In this document: positions 19,294 through 26,965 of the stretch, piece after piece | Layout: every line of letters begins with the position of its first letter | How positions within the stretch are numbered: the stretch's first letter is position 1 | Assembly: GCA_020348985.1 (NCBI GenBank) | Contig: CP070761.1 | Span: 630,354 to 663,022, forward strand | Direction of reading: 5' to 3' | Length of the DNA: 32,669 nucleotides | DNA from: Candidatus Thorarchaeota archaeon | GTDB lineage: Archaea > Asgardarchaeota > Thorarchaeia > Thorarchaeales > Thorarchaeaceae | The notes under the pieces: model-generated | Database searches by the model: none | What the model saw: the letters and a program-made list of their open reading frames with translations, nothing else | What the model was told of the DNA's origin: nothing | Position numbers and translations under genes: made by a program

Positions 19294-19315
19294 CTTGGTT
19301 TCAATCAATTGATAA

Positions 19316-20857
19316 TCATTCATTGTTGTTGACTAGAGGAATCCTTGCGTCCGTCGTCAGAATCAGACCAAGCTCTTTCAGAGCTTTCTCGCACCCGCTT
19401 CCGCTAAGATGAGTACTATGCATATCGCATCCATGAAGATCGGGCAGAGCCTTAACGCACTCCGCAGCGTTCGGATTGAAAACTGCACTCACGGCCAGAG
19501 CATCAAGAACCTCCTTAACATCGAGACTAGTGTCCGATACCTCCATCTGTTTCTTGAGTTTGATGATACTCTCTATGATGATGGGCGAAAGGACGTCGAT
19601 CTCATCTGGAATGCCCGCAAGGTATTTGACTGAGTTCAGAAGTGCAGCAGACTCCGAACTAAGGATCTTGGATCGCTTCCCTGTGAGAATCATAGGAGCG
19701 CCGTCGCTTGTGTATAGTTCGATTGCGGCGCCAGTGAGCATTCTTCCTGCCAGGACCCCAGATCTCGTCAGGCTCTCTTCCAAAGCTCTGTTTGCCTGAA
19801 TTGCTACAACTCGGTGCCCGGGTTTTGCCTTCACAAGGCCCATTATTCTATCCATGCGCTCCAATGTATCGTGTGTGACATTACCTTCGACGAAATCTCT
19901 TCGGTACTGGAAGTGCCTTCGTACAATCTCATCGATGCCCGCCTGTCGTACTACACTGTCATCCACAATTCCTTCCTTGGCCATATTGACTCCCATGTCT
20001 GTAGGGCTCTTGATCTCAGCTAATGGGTCTCCGGAAGGAGTGATTTTCTCAATGATTTTCTTTATGATAGCGAAGTTCTCCACATCTCTGTTGTAGTTCA
20101 CTGCATCTATTCTGTAGGCCTGCTTGTGAAAAGGATCAAGGCAATTGTAGTCGCCAATGTCAGCTGTTGCTGCTTCATACGCAATATTCACAGGATGATT
20201 CAGTGGTAAGTTCCATATTGGAAAGGTTTCAAACTTGGCAAAATTGCTCATTACATCCTCTTTTCTGTCATGGTAGATTTGGCTCATAGCGAAGCTCATC
20301 TTTCCACTGCCAGGTCCCGGTGCTGTGATGATGACAATCTTCTTTTGAGTGTCTACATAGCTGAATCTCCCATAGCCCTCATCACTGACCACTGTCTCCA
20401 GATCTGTGAGATAGTTTGGAATCTCATATGTGGTGAAAACCCTAATTCCCCTATTCTCAAGACGTTGTCTGAACTTGTCAGACGTGTGTTGTCCGCGGTA
20501 TCTACTAATCACCACCGCAGAAACATCAAGTTCCAGTTGCCTGAGGTCACCTATGTCCTTGAGTATTTGGTCGTCGTATGTTAGCCCGAAGTCTCTTCTT
20601 ATTTTTCGTCGCTCGATGTCCTTTGCGCTGATGCAGTGGATGATCTCGACATCATTGCCCAACTTCTTGAGCATCTGGATCTTAGTGTCGATCGCAAAGC
20701 CCGGAAGAACTCTTGAAGCATGATGGTCATAACGGAGCTTCCCTCCAAACTCGAGGTAGAGCTTATCGAACTGGTTCACACGTTCCATAATCCGTTTTAC
20801 CTGAGCCGAGAGATATTTCGAAGTATCAAAACCAATCCTTGGAATCATTTGTCTCAC
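19316..20857 (-). CDS. DUF1846 (UPF0371) family protein
   Basis: IGFDTSKYL, KLYLEFGGKL..DHHASRVLPGF, TAPGPGSGK, AKFETFPIWNLPLNHPVNIAYEAATAD, SPTDMGVNM. Confidence 0.92.
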   Translation of the reverse strand: MRQMIPRIGFDTSKYLSAQVKRIMERVNQFDKLYLEFGGKLRYDHHASRVLPGFAIDTKIQMLKKLGNDVEIIHCISAKDIERRKIRRDFGLTYDDQILKDIGDLRQLELDVSAVVISRYRGQHTSDKFRQRLENRGIRVFTTYEIPNYLTDLETVVSDEGYGRFSYVDTQKKIVIITAPGPGSGKMSFAMSQIYHDRKEDVMSNFAKFETFPIWNLPLNHPVNIAYEAATADIGDYNCLDPFHKQAYRIDAVNYNRDVENFAIIKKIIEKITPSGDPLAEIKSPTDMGVNMAKEGIVDDSVVRQAGIDEIVRRHFQYRRDFVEGNVTHDTLERMDRIMGLVKAKPGHRVVAIQANRALEESLTRSGVLAGRMLTGAAIELYTSDGAPMILTGKRSKILSSESAALLNSVKYLAGIPDEIDVLSPIIIESIIKLKKQMEVSDTSLDVKEVLDALAVSAVFNPNAAECVKALPDLHGCDMHSTHLSGSGCEKALKELGLILTTDARIPLVNNNE

Positions 20858-21008
20858 TCACAGAGTGTCTGTTGGAACTCGTGAAGCCAGTTTCATTGTC
20901 AGGGATGGTTGCTTGTCTTTCTATTAAACCTTCTAATGTGAAGTGGACTTTTTTCGAGTACTCGCGGCTTTGGAGCTATGACCTAGATTCGTTTCTTCCT
21001 AGCCAAGA

Positions 21009-21140
21009 CTATACTGCTATACCATTCAGTATTTCTTCGAGTACTTTGGTAAACCCCTTCGGTTTCTCCAGAAAGGGAAAGTGAGCAACGTTTTCGATAT
21101 ACACAAGGGAAAGCTGGATTCTCAGTCGCTCTTTTCTGGT
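21009..21140 (-). pseudogene. 3' remnant of an alpha/beta hydrolase
   Basis: ...LSLVYIENVAHFPFLEKPKGFTKVLEEILNGIAV*: the catalytic-His strand-loop-helix typical of AB hydrolase C-termini. No convincing start. Confidence 0.65.
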
Positions 21141-22490
21141 TCATTCATTTTCATGAGGGATTGTGCTCTTCGAATGTTGGTCTGTTGAATCAGCTCCCAA
21201 TAGGAGTCCGATTCCCAACAGTATTGAACCAATGAAGCTCACGGCAATTAGCCAATAGAAACTTCCTACAAAACCTCCGAAATCAGTTACAAAGCCTGTG
21301 ATAACCACAAATGGAATCCCAAAAAGTCGAGCTAACGTGGGCAACAATGAATAGAGGGAGTTCCTGTGCTCATCCGGAATGAGATCCAGATTGATGCGCT
21401 GCTGTAGCGTGCCCTGAAGACTCTCCCATGCTGCAGGAATCTGGTAGAGGAGAATGATGCCGACTGCAGGCAATATGTCCACTCCCGTAGGAGGAACTAC
21501 TTGATAGTAGACAAGAATCATTGCAAAGAACATAGCATTGCTGACGACCGATGACAAGAAGACCCAGAGATGTGGCCTCTTGAATCGATGTATGAATTTG
21601 ATAACAAGAAGTTGCCAGAGAAGCGCACTAGCGAAGACTGCAGAGCGTATGATCCCTGCACCTGCGTCAGAGCCGGTATACTCGATGTACACTCTAATTG
21701 AGATGAAAGTATGCCAAACTGACTCATTAGCAGCCCAGATTGCCGCAATCCCGAGGAAATAGAAGAAGATCGTCCTTGAGTTTATGAAGATTGAGAGGCT
21801 CTCACGTACTCTCTGAAGATAGTCACCGAAATCTTGATCGGTCTTCTCTACGGTTTCCCACAACACCTGCCGAATCAGTATCAGCACTAAGACAAGGAGA
21901 ACCGCGTAGACCGCGAAAACAGTCTGTCTTGAGATTTCTGTGGCAATGAAACCTCCAGCTATAAAGCCACAGATTGTGCTAATGTTGTAGAGAGGACTTG
22001 CCCGCGCAACGAACTGGGTATAGACTTTCCTGTCAGGATCCTCAGTTTCAGCTCTTGGACGATAGTAGTTGTCAAACCATGCCTCAAGTGCACCGCTTTC
22101 TTGGGAATCTCCAACCGCGAGAAGTATCATGAAGAAGAAGTACCAGACAAACGAATCTCCAAACAACAGGAAGGGCGTGGCAATAATCTTGGACAGATAT
22201 GCACCCATTAGTACCCGCTTGTATCCTATTGCATCACCAAGTGTGCCCGAAACATAGTCAAGAAGGGCAAGTGTCGTAAAGTATACACTCCATACAGCCC
22301 CCACCTCTAATGGGTTCAGTGTATCGAGGAAGAAGAGAGTCAGAGTAATGATTAGGAAGCTTCCAGCGAAAAACCTTGGGAGATTGATAATCAACCTTGC
22401 GCGGATGCTCCTTCTAACATCAACACTGAGGGATTCAACACCTAGCCAAGCATATACTCTGCTTATCGATTCTTGCGCTTCTTCTTGCAT
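21141..22490 (-). CDS. MFS transporter
   Basis: About 12 TM; motif A-like SGTLGDAIGYKRVL; SGALEAW; IPDEHRNSLYS. Confidence 0.9.
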   Translation of the reverse strand: MQEEAQESISRVYAWLGVESLSVDVRRSIRARLIINLPRFFAGSFLIITLTLFFLDTLNPLEVGAVWSVYFTTLALLDYVSGTLGDAIGYKRVLMGAYLSKIIATPFLLFGDSFVWYFFFMILLAVGDSQESGALEAWFDNYYRPRAETEDPDRKVYTQFVARASPLYNISTICGFIAGGFIATEISRQTVFAVYAVLLVLVLILIRQVLWETVEKTDQDFGDYLQRVRESLSIFINSRTIFFYFLGIAAIWAANESVWHTFISIRVYIEYTGSDAGAGIIRSAVFASALLWQLLVIKFIHRFKRPHLWVFLSSVVSNAMFFAMILVYYQVVPPTGVDILPAVGIILLYQIPAAWESLQGTLQQRINLDLIPDEHRNSLYSLLPTLARLFGIPFVVITGFVTDFGGFVGSFYWLIAVSFIGSILLGIGLLLGADSTDQHSKSTIPHENE

Positions 22491-22676
22491 CCTTGAAGTA
22501 CCCTTCTACCTGATATTGTGGAGTCGCTGTGACACAAAACCACACGGCAATTTCATCAATACTTAACATTGGTGCAATAAGCAAGTTCAGTTGAGGTTAG
22601 ACTGAACGCCCAAAGACTGCGCGCAAGGTTCCGAGAGAAGTCTGTGTCCTCTCTAATCAACGCGTTGGCCTATGTT

Positions 22677-23672
22677 TTAATCGACATAGATGATTAACCG
22701 AGGCCAACTGCTAGTCCCGTCACGGAACGAGTTGTCAGTTTTGATTTGCCGATTGCCGTCAATATCTGTGGCTCTGACTTGCAGAGTTATCTGGCCCGAG
22801 TTGGCAAAACCAATGTGAATCTCCCAGAACACCCACACGTTGTCTGCGTCCATCTCTTGGACTATGGTTGCATTATTCCATGTCGCCCCGTCATCAATTG
22901 TGTACTCTACAAACGCGACACGAGTGCCACCGAATGCGCAGCCTCCAACTCTTAGGTCTTCATTCACACCTACAGCAGTAGTTCCTTCCGGGAAGAATAT
23001 CTTTGAATCGATATCCATTGGTGGTGAAGTATCCCACCCGCGGTCCTGCCAGTAATCCTCCAACGGCCTGTCAATTACTTCAATCCCGGTTACCCACGCA
23101 GGCTGTTTGACACCATAATACCCTGGATTCAGAATTCGCAGGGGGAATCCGTGCAATGGAGGGATTTCTACGTCATTCATGTACAATGCTCCGATCACTC
23201 CATTATTCCTCAGTTGATCCAGAGTATGTGATGCGTAGTACCCGTCAGCGGCTAGGTACTTGACTCCAGTTGCATTCTCAGGGATGCCTAACGTCTCCAA
23301 GAGATTGAACAGATTGAAACCCCTCCACACCGCGGTTGACACTAGTTTTCCATATGGACCGTTGCCTATGCATTCGATGGTGAGGGGCAGATCAGTCAGG
23401 TTCAATGACTGCAACTCCTCCAAAGTGAAACTTGTAGGGTTCTCGACCAGCCCCGTTATCTCAAGACGATACATGTCCCTGTCGATAGTAGGGACCTGCC
23501 CAATTCTTGTAACAAAGTAGTCTTCGTTTTTGGTAATGAAGTCGGGAAACTCCGAAGAAACATCTTCTTGTGGTACTTGCCATGGATATGTGCTGACCAA
23601 TACCGCAACAGAAATGACTGCTATGATCACTAGTCCAGACACTACTCTTCGGTCTTTGCCTACTCTCTTCAT
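22677..23672 (-). CDS. Sulfite-oxidase-family molybdopterin oxidoreductase with N-terminal signal/anchor
   Basis: TIECIGN (Mo-ligand Cys), HGFPLRILNPGYYGVKQPAWVTGIE, YWQDRGW and a C-terminal Ig-like dimerisation domain. Likely start is ATG 23672. Confidence 0.88.
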   Translation of the reverse strand: MKRVGKDRRVVSGLVIIAVISVAVLVSTYPWQVPQEDVSSEFPDFITKNEDYFVTRIGQVPTIDRDMYRLEITGLVENPTSFTLEELQSLNLTDLPLTIECIGNGPYGKLVSTAVWRGFNLFNLLETLGIPENATGVKYLAADGYYASHTLDQLRNNGVIGALYMNDVEIPPLHGFPLRILNPGYYGVKQPAWVTGIEVIDRPLEDYWQDRGWDTSPPMDIDSKIFFPEGTTAVGVNEDLRVGGCAFGGTRVAFVEYTIDDGATWNNATIVQEMDADNVWVFWEIHIGFANSGQITLQVRATDIDGNRQIKTDNSFRDGTSSWPRLIIYVD

Positions 23673-23834
23673 TCTTGCCTTCAGGCTTTGGCATTCTGAC
23701 TGTATTATCCGTTTTGTAGCAGGCACAAGATCCAATGATCAACCATCAGCATCTTTTTTTTTCATTTGGTGTGTGACACTCGCGTTCTCTCCATCTATTA
23801 ATCAACAGAAGAGAGAGTGCTAGCAGGAATTATC

Positions 23835-23990
23835 ATGGGCCCGCCAGAATCAGAGTGGAGACAGGTGATTCTGATTACCGGTGCTGGTACTGGCATCGGA
23901 CTATTCATAGCAGAACGCATCGCAATCTATGTGAACACGAACATCGCCATACCACCAAAGAAATATCCGTCTTTTGGAAAGAGAATCTAA
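23835..23990 (+). pseudogene. 5' remnant of a short-chain dehydrogenase/reductase
   Basis: MGPPESEWRQVILITGAGTGIGLFIAERIA: a Rossmann TGxxxGIG motif, truncated at 51 aa. Confidence 0.7.
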
Positions 23991-24037
23991 TGTAACCAGA
24001 AATCCAAGTCTCATTTCTGTTTCATGTGGTGCCGTAA

Positions 24038-25654
24038 ATGAATATCGAACGCGAAACATACGATCATCCAGAAATGAGCTCTGATTTAGACATGAGCCGG
24101 TTTCGTATGGCGAAGTATCCTCCGAAGCAGTTGCCTTATACTACCAAATCGATTTGCCCCGTTTGTCTACTTGACGAAAGGGAGGTCAATGTCATTGATG
24201 CGACAGTCTTTGAGCGTGACGGCCAAATCATGTTTGAGAAAGAGTGTCCGAATCACGGGGTGTTTGAGGATATCTACTGGTCAGATGCAGCAATGTTCGA
24301 GAGGGTAATGAACTACTGGTATATGTCTCTGGGACTAGACAACCCAAGAACACAGTCAATTCATGGTTGTCCAGAAGACTGTGGACAATGCACCAATCAC
24401 CTTGGACACACTGCATTGGGATTGATTGATGTTACAAGCAGATGCAATCTGTCTTGCTCCATCTGCTTTGCGAACGCTGAGGGATCCGGTCGTACATACG
24501 AACCTGAGCCCGACCAAGTTCTTGAAATGTTGAAGAACCTGAGAAGCAATCTGCCAGCACCATGCCCCGCAGTACAGTTTGCAGGGGGTGAACCAACTCT
24601 TAGCAAGAACCTACCACAGTACATCAAGTGGGCAGACGAGCTAGGTTTCAGACATATCATGGTAGCAACAAACGGAATTCGTATCGCGAAGAATCCCAAG
24701 TACTTGCAGCAGCTTGTTGACGCCGGATTGAAGACGTTGTATCTTCAGTTTGATGGAATCACCGAAAAGCCCTACATCACTGCTAGGAATATTGACCTCC
24801 GCGAAGTCAAGAATCAGGCCCTTGACAGTGCCAGAACTGCGAATTTGGATGGTATCATACTTGTGCCTACAGTTGTCAAGGGTGTTAACGACCAAGAACT
24901 TGGTAGTATAATCCGATATGCACTTGACAATCGAGACATTGTGAGGTGCATCAACTTTCAGCCAGTTTCTATCACAGGAAGAATAGAACACGAAAAGCGA
25001 ATGGCAATGCGGATAACTACTCCTGATGCGATAAAGCTGATAGAAAAGCAGACAAATGGAAGGATAAGGCAGTCTGATTGGTATCCGATTTCCTCGATGA
25101 TGGGCGTTGGACGTGCAATTGGACTCATGAGAGGCGTAAACCTCTTTGAGCTTCATTCTCATTTTGCGTGTGGCATGGCAACGTTCCTTTTCATCGGAGA
25201 AGATAACACCTACTACCCGATAACCGAAGTTGTCGATTTGGAGAAGCTCCTAATCACACTTGAGGAAATCTGTAACCTTTATGCTGATGGAGCAAGATTC
25301 CCAGGACTCCGTTCGAAAGTCAAGCTGATGAAATTCCTGAGACATGTTAGGAAGAAGAGCTTCATGAAGCCGGTGATTTCCTCCTTCCTGAGAAGCGGTT
25401 CATACAGTTCTCTAAAGGTATTCATGAGCAAAGTTATCATGCTGGGTATCATGCACTTCCAGGATCCATGGAACATCGACTTAGAACGTATGAAGCATTG
25501 CACAATCAACTATGCTTCTCCTGATGGACGGATCATTCCCTTCTGCACATACAATAGCATTCACAGGGAGAGAATTGAATCTGTATACGGATTGGATGCC
25601 CAGATGCCATTGGAGAAGAAGATCCGGACCGAAATGGTGACTGAAATGGACTAA
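24038..25654 (+). CDS. tes: Tetraether lipid synthase (Tes / GDGT-MAS, MJ0619 family radical SAM)
   Basis: Rubredoxin-like CPVC...CPNH, auxiliary cluster GCPEDCGQCTNH, SAM motif CNLSCSIC, QFAGGEPT, YLQFDG, NFQPVS, HFACG, MHFQDPWN...HCTINY...IIPFCTYN. Confidence 0.88.
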   Translation: MNIERETYDHPEMSSDLDMSRFRMAKYPPKQLPYTTKSICPVCLLDEREVNVIDATVFERDGQIMFEKECPNHGVFEDIYWSDAAMFERVMNYWYMSLGLDNPRTQSIHGCPEDCGQCTNHLGHTALGLIDVTSRCNLSCSICFANAEGSGRTYEPEPDQVLEMLKNLRSNLPAPCPAVQFAGGEPTLSKNLPQYIKWADELGFRHIMVATNGIRIAKNPKYLQQLVDAGLKTLYLQFDGITEKPYITARNIDLREVKNQALDSARTANLDGIILVPTVVKGVNDQELGSIIRYALDNRDIVRCINFQPVSITGRIEHEKRMAMRITTPDAIKLIEKQTNGRIRQSDWYPISSMMGVGRAIGLMRGVNLFELHSHFACGMATFLFIGEDNTYYPITEVVDLEKLLITLEEICNLYADGARFPGLRSKVKLMKFLRHVRKKSFMKPVISSFLRSGSYSSLKVFMSKVIMLGIMHFQDPWNIDLERMKHCTINYASPDGRIIPFCTYNSIHRERIESVYGLDAQMPLEKKIRTEMVTEMD

Positions 25655-25768
25655 TTCCTTCTCCAGACCAGAATTGCGACTTTGGTATTGCATCCGACTA
25701 GTTTCGACTGCCATTTCAATCAGCAAATATACCATGCCTAGGATCCCAACTCAAACGGAGTTCAAAGT

Positions 25769-26767
25769 ATGAGAAGAATCTGGAAGCCCGAGATGCCTCA
25801 AGTCAAGTTCGGCAAAGCAAACCACTTCGAAGGTTGGTACTTCAAAATGGTTGACTCTTCCGAGAAGAATGCGCTTGCAGTGATCCCAGGAGTGTCATTT
25901 GGTGCCAATAGAGAAGATAGTCATTCTTTCGTCCAAGTCCTAGATGCTCGGAACTATCAATCCCATTACTATAGGTTCTCTGTTGACCAATTCTCGAGCT
26001 CATCTCGGGAATTTGACATCTCAATCGGACGGAACAGGTTTGCAATGGACGGAATAGCTCTCACCCTGGCTGACAGAAGCGGGTCTGTTCATGGAGAACT
26101 CAGTTTCGGAAACGCCATACCTTGGCCAGTAAGACGACTTAGTCCTGGAGCAATGGGGCCATTTCGATTCGTGCCCCGTTTACAGTGTCTTCATGGAATT
26201 CTCAGTTTTGATCACGAAGTCCAGGGCAGCATGACTGTAGATGGAAGAGACATCGACTTCTCCAATGGGCGTGGATACATTGAGAAAGACTGGGGTCGTG
26301 AGTTTCCGAGCGCGTGGATTTGGATGCAGTCAAACCACTTCGAGGAAACAGGAATCTCCTTTACATCCTCCATTGCAAGCATACCGTTCGGCCGTGGAGC
26401 TTTCACAGGACTTCTAGCCGGACTAATGTTCAATGATGAAATCTACCGCTTTACCACCTATACAAGAGCCAAGATTTCCACACCCGAGGTCTCAGATGAC
26501 CGGGTAGCCTTCAAGATTGAGGACAAAAGGTACTTGATAGAAGTCGATGCGGAACGTGCCCATGGCACCTCACTCCGATCTCCAGTTGGAGGGCTAATGA
26601 CTGGAAGGATCCTTGAAAGCCTTGATAGTTCCATTCGCTTGAGGTTCTACAGATTGACGAAGACAACAAAAGAGCTGCTATTCGAAGGAGTAGGGCGGAA
26701 TGCAGGACTCGAAGTTGTGGGAGACCTTGAAGAGATTGGAGCCATCTCTGTTCACTCGCCCGGCTAA
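25769..26767 (+). CDS. Tocopherol cyclase family protein
   Basis: FEGWYFK, QCLHGILS, GYIEKDWGREFPSAWIWMQSNHF, C-terminal AGLEVVG. Confidence 0.88.
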   Translation: MRRIWKPEMPQVKFGKANHFEGWYFKMVDSSEKNALAVIPGVSFGANREDSHSFVQVLDARNYQSHYYRFSVDQFSSSSREFDISIGRNRFAMDGIALTLADRSGSVHGELSFGNAIPWPVRRLSPGAMGPFRFVPRLQCLHGILSFDHEVQGSMTVDGRDIDFSNGRGYIEKDWGREFPSAWIWMQSNHFEETGISFTSSIASIPFGRGAFTGLLAGLMFNDEIYRFTTYTRAKISTPEVSDDRVAFKIEDKRYLIEVDAERAHGTSLRSPVGGLMTGRILESLDSSIRLRFYRLTKTTKELLFEGVGRNAGLEVVGDLEEIGAISVHSPG

Positions 26768-26965
26768 TCTGGAAACTCGTGATTGAAACATCTGCCGTAT
26801 CCTTCTCTCGAAAGTCATGGATTATTGGATTGTACTCCTCCGATGGGCCTGAAAATCATCCTCTACGATTGCTTTGCAGGACAGGAAAAGACCCAATTCG
26901 CTTCACAAAGGTATCTTCGTAAATGGTTATTAAGTCCGGAATCTCTGACGTGCTGTTTTCTCGTG

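Noticed and set aside
23754-23762. T9 homopolymer as a phase-variation tract
   Set aside because: Intergenic and short, with no evidence of length variation.
24038-25654. Legacy annotation of this family as 7,8-dihydro-6-hydroxymethylpterin dimethyltransferase or MoaA-like
   Set aside because: The MJ0619 family has been reassigned to tetraether synthesis, and the auxiliary metal-binding motifs are present here.
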